Assembly (NCBI RefSeq): GCF_000004825.1
Contig: NW_008805068.1
Location: 1,797,471 to 1,861,470, forward strand
Source: Heterostelium pallidum
Lineage: Eukaryota
Length of the DNA stretch: 64,000 nucleotides
Reading direction: 5' to 3'
Part shown: piece by piece, positions 48,616-60,209 of the stretch
How the letters are laid out: each line of letters starts with the position of its first letter
How positions within the stretch are numbered: the first letter of the stretch is position 1
The notes under the pieces: model-generated
The model's database searches: none
What the model saw: the letters and a program-made list of their open reading frames with translations, nothing else
What the model was told of the DNA's origin: nothing
Made by a program: the position numbers and the translations under genes

Positions 48616-51608
48616 ATGGAAATTGATATTGGTAATAACGGTAGTGAGATTGATGATGCTGACGATGACGATCAAATGCAGATAGAGAAAGAGGAACATG
48701 AAATTGAAAGCTTAAATAGAGATATAGTTAGAAATGTATTGTTAAAGAGTAGACAGTATAGAGCGATGCAGACAGAGGGTCATCATCAGCTATTGATGTC
48801 AACTCAAAAGATGAACATGGCACAGAAAGCACTCTATTTCAATCATCTACAATCACAGCTATTCAATCAAGGCAATCTACTTCAGTTTGCAACTGACGAT
48901 GACAACAGTGATATTCATAGTTATTATAGTAATAGCAGCAGTAATAGTAATTCCAATAGATTAAGTAGTATTTTCATTTATAATGAAAACATTCATAATA
49001 GTAATAGTAGTAATAACAGTAGTGGTAGTAATGGTGATGATTATATAGATGATGTCGATGATGATGTTCATAACGATACAACTGTTCTCCTCACTGATTC
49101 ACATGATTATGAAAACTTTGATGATGGAATGGTTGAAGAGAATATGTTCAATGGAAATACAAATGGAAATGGAAATGGAAATGGAAATGTAAATGGTAGT
49201 TTCCATATCAACAAGAGTATTGCCATGAGTATGAAGGATTTCGAAGAAGATACTGAGCCTATGGATTTAGGTGGTGGAGATAGTCATAGAGAAGAGGAAG
49301 AAGAAGTAAATAATATAAATCTAGTAAATCAACTAAACAAAGTTACCAATGAAGCACTACAAGATAAGATTACTCTCAATGAAACTAGTGTTGAAAATGA
49401 TGAACCAATTTCAATTTCAAACCCAACACCAATTTCAATTTCAAATCCAATAAATTTGAAATTGGAAAATAATAACAGTAGTAACGATGATCAACATATA
49501 AATAAAGAATCAGAAGATCTACTACACCACCAAGATAATAATAATAATTTAGATAGTAGTGGTAGTATTAATAAACCTGTAGAAGAAGTGGAACCAAAGA
49601 AAGAAGAAACAAAAAGACAACCACTTTCAATTACTCAATCGAAACCAAGAAGAACAGGAAAGAAACAATGTGATTATTGTGGTGACACTAATCCTCTCTA
49701 TTGGAGAAATGGTCCGAACGGTTTGAAAACTCTATGTGGAGATTGTGCACCAAAGTGGGCAGATGGAAAAATACATGTGCCATTAAGGTCGGCTAATGAT
49801 GACGCTGTCGTCAGTCCCTCTGAGGAACCGGTTGATGAAGTTCCACCTCCATCCGAAAAGCCAGCTAGACCAACCAGAAAAACAAACAAACCACCAGCAC
49901 CAGCAGAGAAACCATCAAAAGCGTCTGCCAAAGCAGTAGCTAAGTCAGCGGCAGCCAGAGCAAGCAAGCCACCTGCACCTGCCAAAGCACCTGCTAAAAC
50001 AAGAGCTACAAGAAAACAGACCGCTGCTGCTGCTTCTAATGAGATTCCATCTCAGAATGAAACGGGATTGCCTGTTGAACCAACAAGAAAGCGTCCAGGT
50101 AGAAAGAAAAAGATGCCGGTAGAGGAAATAGTAGTCGCAGTGGAACCTATTGTAGAGCCAGAGGAGGAAGACGAAGAAAAAGAGGAAGACGAAATAGAAC
50201 AACAGATCAATATTGTTAAAACAAGAGCTAGAAATTATATAGAGAAAAAAGAGAAGAAAGTAAAGGAAAAGAAAGAGAAGGAAAAGGAAAAGAAGGATAA
50301 GGAAAAGGAAAAGGTTGAGGAGAAAGAGAAAGATAAATTAATTGTAAATAATAATATAAAAGCCAAAGTAAATAATAATAGTAATAGTGGTATAAAAGTT
50401 AATAATAATAATAATAGTGAAAGTAAAGTAGATCCATTAAGTAAATTTAAATCAGTTTTGAATCAGGTAGCATCAAGTCTAAGAGCTAATAAGGAGAAGC
50501 AACAACAACAACAGAAAGAGAAGGAAAGGGAATTGGAGTATGAACAAGCACAGGCAAGCAAAGAGATCAATTCTGACCATTGGACAGAGGAAGAAATCAA
50601 TAATTTTAATAGTGCGCTTAAATCATCCAGACCAACAGATGTCAACTACTGGCAGAAAGTATCTAATGCAGTTGGAACTAAATCCGCTGAACAATGTCAA
50701 TTATACCAATCGAATAAATTCTCTACTCCAAGTATGTTGTTTCATATATCAATGTTGAGAAACAAACAAACTAACTAAATAATAATCTTGAAATTATAGA
50801 TAAAAAGCGAAAGAAGGAGGCAGAGAAAGAGAAAGATCCATCACCATTTAAATTGAATCCAAAATCATTGAATACACTAAAGACTAAAAAGAAACTAAGA
50901 GAGTTTATTGAAGAGGTAATAATATAATATTTGTATGATTTCTTTATATTTATATAATGATGTTTATATTAACATAAATTAAAATACAATCACTAGCAAA
51001 CAAGATCAAAGAAACAGAATTTAATTGATACAACACCATTTAAGAAGATGAATAAGCAGTTTATTACAGATGATAACGACTCATCGATGGAGGATCTGTT
51101 CGACTTGAATTCAAATGGTGATAATAATCAAGAGGTTGATATTAATAGTAATAAATCAAATAACAACAACAATAACAACTTAGTAAACAAAGAAGTAGTT
51201 GACAATGATTCAGTTACACCACTAAAGCTAAACAAGGATTACTGGGGTAGTTATATCCATAGATTTACCAATCAAGTTGTAAGTATTTCATTTCAACAGG
51301 CAAATAATGAGAAATACTAATAAAAAATATTGTAGACAAAAGAAAAGAAACACCAGCTTAAGCATCAAGCATCAACGACATCTACAACAACGACAACATC
51401 TACAACATCTACAACACCCAAAAGTGTAAATAGCAAACACCATAGTAAACCAACTAGAGAAGAACAAATTCAATCTTTGATGGTAGTTCAGAAACTGTCT
51501 TCGCAATATCAAAAGAAAAAAGAAAAACTTGACAATCCAGACGACGATGATGAAGAGGAAGATGATTACTTTACTGACGAAGAGAATAGCATAGAACAAG
51601 CTTTTTAG
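48616..51608 (+). CDS. Putative DNA-binding protein with a GATA-like Cys4 zinc finger, an AT-hook-like RKRPGRKKK, a KEK-repeat region and a C-terminal SANT/Myb-like domain. Exons: join(48616..50731, 50800..50915, 50997..51278, 51336..51608).
   Basis: CDYCGDTNPLYWRNGPNGLKTLCGDC is a C-x2-C-x18-C-x2-C finger with a GATA-type TPLWR-like core. The SANT-like segment is WTEEEINNFNSALKSSRPTDVNYWQKVSNAVGTKSAEQCQLY. Three introns (A|GTATGT, GAG|GTAATA, GTT|GTAAGT) with phases 1, 0, 0 were checked, and the stop is at 51606..51608. Confidence 0.68.
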
Positions 51609-51649
51609 ATAATAAATAAAGTAATTGCTGTTTGTTATATTGTTTATTT

Positions 51650-54314
51650 TCAATCTACTTCATCTTCTTCATCGTCCATCGATATATATCTTCTAGATTT
51701 ACTCTTTGATTTCTTTGTAGCACCGTAGTTGAATCTAGAGGTGTAGACCCTCTCGTGTTCACGAATATTGTCGTCATCCTCGAAGTAATGATTCGCTTTT
51801 GTATATGTACAGTTGTCACACATTGTTTTGCATGGCTTGGTTTCCTCCCCGAAATACTCCATCAACGATACTCGCCTACATTCAGAGCCAACACAATATG
51901 AAGTTACCGTATCGATATTCTCTGTTTTCGATTCCATAATCTTTTGATACTCCTCATGTGATTGAGCAACAATCCCCATTGTAGATATCTTTAACATCTT
52001 TCTAATATCATTCTTATTATAATATAATATACAATCACTAAGTTTACCATCTCTTCCCTATAAATATAATTGATTAGTAATTTGAACTGATTATCAGTTG
52101 ATTATTGTCAGTTAGGTTACATACTGCTCTACCGGTTTGTTGGTAATAAGATTCGATTGAAGATGGAATAGAGTGATGAATTACGAATCTGGTGTCAGGT
52201 TTGTCTATTCCCATTCCAAATGCAATGGTGGTGCAGACTATCTTGAATTTACCGGTGATCCAACGCTCCTGAGTGTCTACACGTTGTGCTGCATTCAGAC
52301 TGGCATGGTAAAAGTCAACGCTCAATCCACGATCGGTAAGATACTCACACAGTGACTCACACTCTGCAATGGTAGAGCAATAGACGATACCAGAAGAGTT
52401 CTTATGATTCCTGTTGACAAAGTGATAGATATCGTTGAAACAAAACTCTGGCTCCGTACTCTTCTTTCGCACCTCGTACTTTAGATTCGATCTAATAAAA
52501 CTACCACGTATATTGATAGTATTGTGCATCGATAGCTGCTGTTTGATATCCAGCTCCACCTTTGGTGTAGCAGTGGCAGTCAATGCAACAATCGGTATAT
52601 TAGGAAACATCTCTCTAAACTTTGACAGCTTCCTATAGTCCTTTCTAAAATCGTGTCCCCATTCCGATATACAATGTGCTTCATCTATAACCAACCTCTT
52701 TAGCTGTGATGTATTATTTAAATGTTCGAGAATATCTATGAACTATAAAACACAAAAACTAGTTAGTTATATATTGGCTTTTATGATGTATTATTTAAAC
52801 TTTTTACTTACTTCTTGTGTTTTCATACGCTCTGGTGTTACATAGAGTAGTTTATATGGACATCCAGCTGGATCGAGTAGTTCTTTAATGATTTTCTTCT
52901 TCTCAGAGACGGGAACTGAACTGTTGAGTGCACACGTTGGTACGCCAAGTTGGAGGAGTTTCGACAGTTGATCAAACATGAGTGCCAATAGCGGTGAAAT
53001 GACAAGTGTTACTCCAGAGTCTATGATGGCGGGCAACTGGAAACACAGTGATTTACCACCACCAGTTGGAAGACTGACGAAGGTATCACGTCGGTAGAGA
53101 ACACTATTAATAGCATCGGATTGTAGTGGCCGCAGTCTTTCATTGCCAAACACCAAACGATTGCAACCTTCGACGAATCTATCCCATGGGAATGCTTGGT
53201 TGAGTGGCGATTGTTTTGCATTCTCTGGTGTGACAGTTAGTGGTGCATCCTCTAAATCCGGTAGATCCACTTGTGTTGGTATCGATTCTAATAGTTGTTG
53301 TCGGTAGTTTATCCACTCTTTGAATCTACGTATTGCATTTTCATCCATTGGTTTATGAACTACTCTCTTTGGTGCTTTTGTAGTTGTTGTAGTTGTTGAT
53401 ATCTTTTTGACTTGTTGCTGTTGTTGTTTCTGATCAATGATGATATCAGATGAAGTATAATCAATGGGTGAATCTATCATAGTCATTTGATTGTTTATCA
53501 ACCAATTGACATCGTGTGGAATAACACCATCGATGTTTGTCTGATACTCTACATTGTGTTGATCTTGTTCAGATTGTTCATTGATCTTGTTTGATTTCCT
53601 TGATTTTCTCTTTACTTTACTACTATGATTATTATCACCAGTCATACTAGGATGCAAAACAACTTCTTCATTCTCAACTGTGATACCACCACTCTTATTG
53701 CTACTACTACTACTCTCCAATAACTGTAACTCTAACTCTTTCTCCTTTTTTGTCTTTCTCTTCCTCTTTGGTTTATCAACTATACTATTATTATCATCCT
53801 CTTTATCAATGGATTTTGATTTTGATTTTGAAGATAAACTTGGATGATATTCGATGGTATCATTATTATCATTTGTATTTAGAGTGATATTACTATTGTC
53901 TTTAACCTGATCGTCATTAAGAGTTGATTGCAATTGTACATTCTTCTTCTTTCTTTTCTTTTTCATCAAGTTTGTCAAGTTGCCATCATCTTGGTTGTCA
54001 CCAGTCTCGTTAGAGAAACCAGATAATCCTTTTTGTAACAATCCAAGCCTGTTGAGCAATGATAGATTGGCAGTATCGCTCTTTGTAGTTCTCTCTTGTC
54101 CAGTTAGTACACTCGTCTTCTTCTTATCTCTATCTAAAACACTCTTTGTTTTGAAAGTTGATTTGTATTCATAATCTGTATCATATGAGGTATTACAGTA
54201 AAAGTTTTGTTGTTGTTCTAATGGTCTTCTTTCAATTCGATGATGATTTACAAGAACACTACCCAAAGTATTCAAATGAACAATGGTTCTTGTGAATCTG
54301 TAACAATTTAACAT
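51650..54314 (-). CDS. RecQ-family DNA helicase, about 842 aa, with a long low-complexity N-terminal region. Exons: complement(join(51653..52057, 52125..52742, 52812..54314)).
   Basis: Motif I is ...LPTGGGKSLCFQLPA.... The DEAH box is VIDEAHCISEWGHDFR. Motif VI spans an intron: ...YYQQTGRA|GRDGKLSDCILYY. The C-terminus has a Cys cluster (...CKTMCDNC...). Donors are CAAGAA|GTAAGT and AGAGCA|GTATGT, and all exon lengths are divisible by 3. Confidence 0.85.
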
Positions 54315-54847
54315 TAATATTTAATTAAATATTTATATAGATATATATATATATATGTCAAAAACAAATGTTAAATTGTCATATGACATTCATAGTTTTC
54401 AGATTTTAAATTTTGATTCTTTTTTTTTTGTTTTTTAATTATTTACAGATTTTTTAAAAACAAATATTTAAAAATAAAATAATTAACTAGACCTTACTTG
54501 TTTAAATCATAAATATTAATTATTAGATTGGTCTTTAGAGAAATCATGATTTCTCTTTTTTTCTAACTATTTATAGATATTAGATTTTATTTTGTGTTAG
54601 GAAAAATTATATTTTTTGATCAAAAAAAAAGTTGTCAATGCCAAGAATAACTTTCTTTTTTCACCGAATGGGTTTCCTTACCTGTTTTTTTGTTTTTTTT
54701 TTCTATTGGTATTCATGTCAAGATTGTTGTGTTTTTTTTTCTTTTTTTAGATTTATTTTGATTTTGATTGTTGATGGTTCGTTTCCTTACAAAGTTTTTT
54801 GCAACAAAAACCCTTGGTGTTCCAAATCAATTCCATTATTTATTTTT
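54315..54847. promoter_or_regulatory. Divergent promoter region between the RecQ gene (minus) and the cbEGF gene (plus).
   Basis: About 530 bp of AT-rich sequence with T-runs. The start codons at 54314 (minus) and 54848 (plus) face away from each other. Confidence 0.45.
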
Positions 54848-57158
54848 ATGATGTTGAACAAAAAAAAAACAAATATTTTAGTATTATTACTTGTTATTAC
54901 TTTGTGTAGTGAAATCGTAGTATCACAATGTCCTCCAAACTATCTTTTTGATTTAGCTAAAGGATGTTATAAATCGGATTCTATCACTTCATTCAAAATT
55001 ACTCTTGTAAGTATAATAAAAAATTAATATTTAATAAATACAAAATTAAAAAAATAAAAATATTAATTAATTAATTTTATTATTATTATTATTTTTTAGT
55101 TTAAAAACTATGCAGCATTAAGAAGAAATTTATCAAAGCTACAACCATCGTTTCCTGGTTTGGAGTTAGTTTCAGATCCAGCTAATCCTGTCACTGTTAA
55201 TGTTACCAATGGAAATATTCCAATCACATTTTGCAAGGATCATGGTGAAGACCAAGGTTGGCTTGTAAACGACTATCCATGGTCAGGACCATGTATAAAT
55301 GGTGACTATAACTCCTATAATCTAACTTTCAAAGCAACACAAGCTCAATCATTTTTGTATGTATCTTCCACCTTTTATTATCAATTAGAAAACTAATTTT
55401 TTTTTTATTTTTAATTTAATTACTACTATTATTATTTTAGTGGATTCTTCCAATGCTCAAATGGATCAAGAGTATATGCTGGAATGTGGGACAGTCCAAC
55501 CGCTGGTAGCGAAATCTGTCCTAATGCCAAAGTCCAAAATCAATACGCTATTTACATTGGTGCATTCCAATGTGGAAACTGTAACACCGGTACATGTAAC
55601 CAGTTAACCAATCGTTGTGAATGCATATCGTCTGCCTACTCTGGAAATTTCTGTGAAACATGTAAGTCCTGAAAAAACAAAACAAACAATTGGTAAAGTC
55701 TTGTTAATTAATATATTTTTACATTTCTCAATCAAAAGATACCAATCCATGCACTCCAAATAAATGTGTAGATCCATCAGCAACTTGTGTAGAGTCTTTC
55801 GATTCCAATGCGTATAGATGCTTTTGTCCAAGTGGATATGTTTATAATAAAAATACAAGCAAGTGCGATGATGTCAATGAGTGCGACCAAAATCCTACTA
55901 TATGTGGTACAGGACATTGTCGTAATGAAATTGGTACTTTCACTTGCTATTGTGACCAAGGATATACTTATGATCCACAAACCATGAGCTGTGTCGATAC
56001 CAACGAATGTCAAGTTAATCCAAACATCTGTGTAGATGTAAATGCCACCTGTGTCAATGACAATCCACCTACTTTCTACACCTGTAACTGCGCCTCTGGA
56101 TATCAATATATTCAGGCTCAACATGCTTGTGAAGATATCGATGAGTGTAATTCTATTACTCCACCAGTTTGCGGTGAAGCACTATGTGTAAATACTGCTC
56201 CAGGATACAAGTGTACTTGTCCAAATGGCTTTAAATTTGATACCGACACAATGAAGTGTGTAGACATCAACGAGTGTGAAGTAACACCAGATATCTGCGG
56301 AACTGGAAACAATGCCAAATGTGTAAACGAAATACCTTTCTATGAATGTGTATGTCCATATGGATACTCTTACAACCGCCAAAACAAGACATGTAATGAC
56401 ATCGATGAATGTCAAGACAATCCAACCATTTGTGGAACTGCCAGTTGTAACAATACAAAAGGATCATATGAATGGTAATTATATTATTATATTTCTCTTT
56501 TAATTTATTTCTTTTCAATATTAATATTTCAATTCTTAGTTTATGTAATAATGGATTTGAATTTAATAATGATTCTAAGATATGTCAGGATATCAATGAA
56601 TGTAGAGTATCTCCAACTATTTGTGGAGAAGGTCATTGCCAAAATGATGATGGTTCATATCATTGTACTTGTGACGATGGCTACCAGTTTGAGAATGCCA
56701 CCAAGAAGTGTCTGGATATCGATGAGTGTACAACATTAGAACCTATTCAAACTTGTGGTAATACCAATACGACTGAGTGTAAGAATATTCCAGGTTCTTT
56801 CAAATGTGAATGTGTTATAAAGAATGGTTACAGTTATAACTCTACCGTACAGGAGTGTGAAGATATCGACGAATGTGTTGAAACTCCAACTATTTGCGGA
56901 AACGAAGCCAAATGTAATAATTCCATCGGTTCATACGAGTGTACCTGTGAAAATAACTTTAGATACGATTCAGTCAACAAGGTTTGTGTCGATCCAAATG
57001 CACCATCAACAACAACTCCATCTTCAACAACCTCAACTCCATCCTCAACTACTTCAACTCCATCCTCAACAACAGATGGTCTAAACGAATCATCGATAAT
57101 TTCATCACCTAAATATTTATTGCTATCAACTTTAATTATTTTATTATCTTTTATGTAA
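54848..57158 (+). CDS. Secreted calcium-binding EGF-repeat protein, about 663 aa, with about 9 cbEGF modules, a Thr/Ser/Pro-rich stalk and a C-terminal hydrophobic (GPI-like) tail. Exons: join(54848..55006, 55100..55356, 55441..55661, 55739..56474, 56540..57158).
   Basis: The signal peptide is MMLNKKKTNILVLLLVITLCSEIVVSQ. Repeated D(I/V/T)(D/N)EC...C..GY.C.C motifs (DVNECDQNP, DTNECQVNP, DIDECNSIT, DINECEVTP, DIDECQDNP, DINECRVSP, DIDECTTLE, DIDECVETP) are typical of cbEGF. The end is TTSTPSSTTSTPSSTTDG...LLLSTLIILLSFM*. Four introns have phases 0, 2, 1, 2, and each acceptor was read directly at the 'ag'. Confidence 0.8.
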
Positions 57159-57288
57159 ATTAAATTAAACTAAAAAAATAAATAATAAAACCAATTATTA
57201 TTGTTGTTATTACCATAATTATTATTATTATTAAATACTATATATTTACAATTTATTTGACTATGATGTGTTTATATTATTTTAAAAA

Positions 57289-57990
57289 TTATTGAAACCA
57301 ATCCATTGGTCTTAAATCCAATGTATGTGTGAAATTGTCAAATAAGAAACAGTAGCCAGCCAATACAACGTAGCCAATGACTATCATGGTGTATTTGTGA
57401 CTGAATAGATTGATACCGATAATATACATGACACCACAGAATCCGACTTTCACGAGGAGATGTAGTATATGTTTCTTTGGGAAACTAAACATCAGCTCCA
57501 GCTTCCGTAGACTCTTGAAACCGTAGATAATAAAGAGAACGAGTGGCACCAGATAGACCAACGACGTCAGTATCAGTAGCATCGAGATTTCAGCGAGTGT
57601 CGGTTTCGTCATGATGTCCTTCACCTGATAGTAGAACACCGCGAAATCGTAGATGACCAACAACACCGTCAGTGCGTACGGAATGATTCGTTCCACGAGA
57701 TGATAATCAAAGCCAGCCAAACCCTGCGCGAAAACAATGAGGTAGCCATTGACCACCGCCATTTGCAGCAGGTTTATCAGTGTCGGAACGTACCAGGCGA
57801 CATTGCCCTCCAGGTACGGAAAGATCGTTGCTGTCATAACGATGTTCATCGTCAACCAGAACGCACTGAACACAATGAAATGCTTTGCATAGCTCCTCAA
57901 GAGATAGATAATGAAAATGAACAATACCACCACATTGATAATTAACAATATAGATGTAAACGCTGTTGCAACTGTATAACCTTTATCCAT
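57289..57990 (-). CDS. Compact 7-transmembrane protein of 233 aa; family not identified.
   Basis: A single ORF with seven hydrophobic segments of about 20 aa separated by short loops (MDKGYTVATAFTSILLIINVVVLFIFIIYLL...). The short termini argue against a classical GPCR with large tails. Confidence 0.55.
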   Translation of the reverse strand: MDKGYTVATAFTSILLIINVVVLFIFIIYLLRSYAKHFIVFSAFWLTMNIVMTATIFPYLEGNVAWYVPTLINLLQMAVVNGYLIVFAQGLAGFDYHLVERIIPYALTVLLVIYDFAVFYYQVKDIMTKPTLAEISMLLILTSLVYLVPLVLFIIYGFKSLRKLELMFSFPKKHILHLLVKVGFCGVMYIIGINLFSHKYTMIVIGYVVLAGYCFLFDNFTHTLDLRPMDWFQ

Positions 57991-58540
57991 TTATATAAAC
58001 TATATATATCTCTTTATTCTACATCTAATTATTATTAAAGTAAAAAATAATAATAATAATAATATGTCAAGTTTTTTTTACAAAAAATAAAAACCAACTC
58101 TCTTTCGACTTTTCTAGATTGGGTGGTATTTTTTTTTTTTTATAGAATTTTGTAAAAACATGCAATCAATTGGGGGTATGAAATGGGCAAATCATCTTAA
58201 TAAATGATCTTATTCGGTCTAATTTAAACTAGTGGTTTTTTCAGTGAAAACAAAAAAAATATAATAAAAATTATAAAAAAAAAAGACGAAAAGGTGAAGA
58301 TGGTCAATCATTGATCTACAAAAAAAATAAAAAAAATAATGAAATAAAAAGATAGAGTGAAGTAAGTACTTGTGTGATAATAATAATTTGTTTAGTTAAA
58401 CATCTGTTAAAATTTGAAAAAAAAATGTATAATTAAATTTTAGTTTAATTAATTTTAATTTATTTTTTTGGAATAACATATTTTAGTGATACTAATATTA
58501 CTTTTGATAGGAATTATCAAATTAAAAATTTATAAACTAT

Positions 58541-59349
58541 TTAAGCAAATTTATAATCTAAACCTTTTTCAGAAGCTAATTTCTCTTCTCTTTGTATCTT
58601 TCTTTGAATTGCAACACTGTATTTAGTCATATCTGGAAGATATATTTTGTTGGCTTCGTTGTAGATGTTGGTGAATGCAGGTCTTTCCCTTAGTCTGAGA
58701 AGATAGGCGACCAATGTTGGATAGTCTTTCAATTGTCCGACCAATTCTGCGAGAACCATTTGATAACCCAGGAGAATATCGACAGCTGTGAATTGATCAC
58801 CAAAGAAATATGGCTTGTCACCAAGATACTTTACGAGGAATGGTGCAATTTCGAAATGCCAAGCATTCAAATTCTTGGTAATCAGGTTCTCGTCTCTCAT
58901 TGGTGAACCTTTTTCATTGAGGAACTGATAGAACAACTGTGCTAGATTTGGATAGATTTGGCATGGACAATTCAAAAGGAATTGATAGAATTGTCCACGT
59001 TCTTTGGCATCTTTCCAGTTAGACAATTTCTTTTCAGTGTCATGCTTCTCCAAGAGATATAAAAAGATTGCTGATGATTCAATCATAGTGAAATCATCTT
59101 CTACTTCAATATAAAAAGGAACCTAATAATATATTTTTATTAATTATTTATATTTAATTAATTATTTTAATATATATAGTAATCTTATTATACCTTTCCT
59201 TGTGGATGTTTTGCCAAATGAAACTCATCTTTCAAATTATCGAAACCAATAATTTTAACTTGTACTTTTTCACTAATACCCAATTCTCCGATCAAGTTGG
59301 CAACAACTGATGATACAAAATATGGCATATGATAAAGAATAGCTGACAT
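58541..59349 (-). CDS. Glutathione S-transferase, about 245 aa. Exons: complement(join(58544..59122, 59194..59349)).
   Basis: Exon 1 MSAILYHMPYFVSSVVANLIGELGISEKVQVKIIGFDNLKDEFHLAKHPQGK ends with an AAG|GTATAA donor. Exon 2 begins after attattag| with VPFYIEVEDDFTMIESSAIFLYLLEKH..., so the GST N-domain has the HPQGKVP motif. A GST C-terminal helical domain follows (...KPYFFGDQFTAVDILLGYQMV...). The 52-codon first exon was verified. Confidence 0.85.
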
Positions 59350-60209
59350 TTTTTTAAAATGGTTATTGATTTGTTTAATTAATATTTATATCTTTTATAT
59401 AAATTTGTATATTTGTTTTGTTTGTTTAATTTAAATTTGATTTGATGAAATTTCATTCTTTTCATTTATCTATTTATATATGATTAGATTTGATGACTTT
59501 CTGTTTAAACATGAGTTAACAAGACCAGGTTCATAAACCTTTAGAACTTACACAAAATGTGGGTTACATGTGGTTAATATTTAAATCCTGGTTGAAAAAA
59601 AATGATCATACACCCCTCATTGTCAACCCCGAAAAAAAAAAAAATAAAAAACTAAAATGTACATTTTGACTATCTATGTATTCTAAAACTCTTAATAACC
59701 GGATTATTACGTAATGTTTATTTTTAAATAAATGAATTAAATTTATTAAATTAATTTAACGATTTACAACAAAAAAAAGAGGGTTTTTTATAGATATTAA
59801 TAAATTAGTTAATAATACATTTGATTTTAGCTTTGTACTCTTCTTTCAGGCATAACGGACTATTTCTTCAACTAAGTTTCTGTAAATCAACTTTCTTTTA
59901 TGCTGAACACTCTTGATATACATATTTGAACGTTGATTTGTTGTCATAAGTAGTTATTATACTCATTGTTTATATTTCTATAGTAAAGATGACTCATTGG
60001 AACTGTAAGTATTGAACTGTTGAGTATTTATTCCAATTTTGTTTGAAAATAATAATAAAAACAATTGAATTCAGAGAAAAGTTGATATCCAATCAAAATA
60101 TCTATGAAACAAAATTTTGATTTTTGTGATTAAAACCTCATGATCTAAAGACTTAACTATAGTTATAATTATCTTTTTATTATTATTATTATTACGAATT
60201 TAATTAATA
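59350..60209. promoter_or_regulatory. Divergent intergenic/promoter region between the GST gene (minus) and the F-box/FNIP gene (plus).
   Basis: AT-rich and ORF-free, with flanking start codons oriented outward. It contains a short GC-richer patch, ...catacacccctcattgtcaaccccg... (59610..59640), of unknown significance. Confidence 0.4.

Noticed and set aside
55604-56518. Five minus-strand ORFs of 66-115 aa across the cbEGF gene.
   Set aside because: They are antisense to a multi-exon gene with 9 canonical cbEGF repeats, and none has a start context or motifs.
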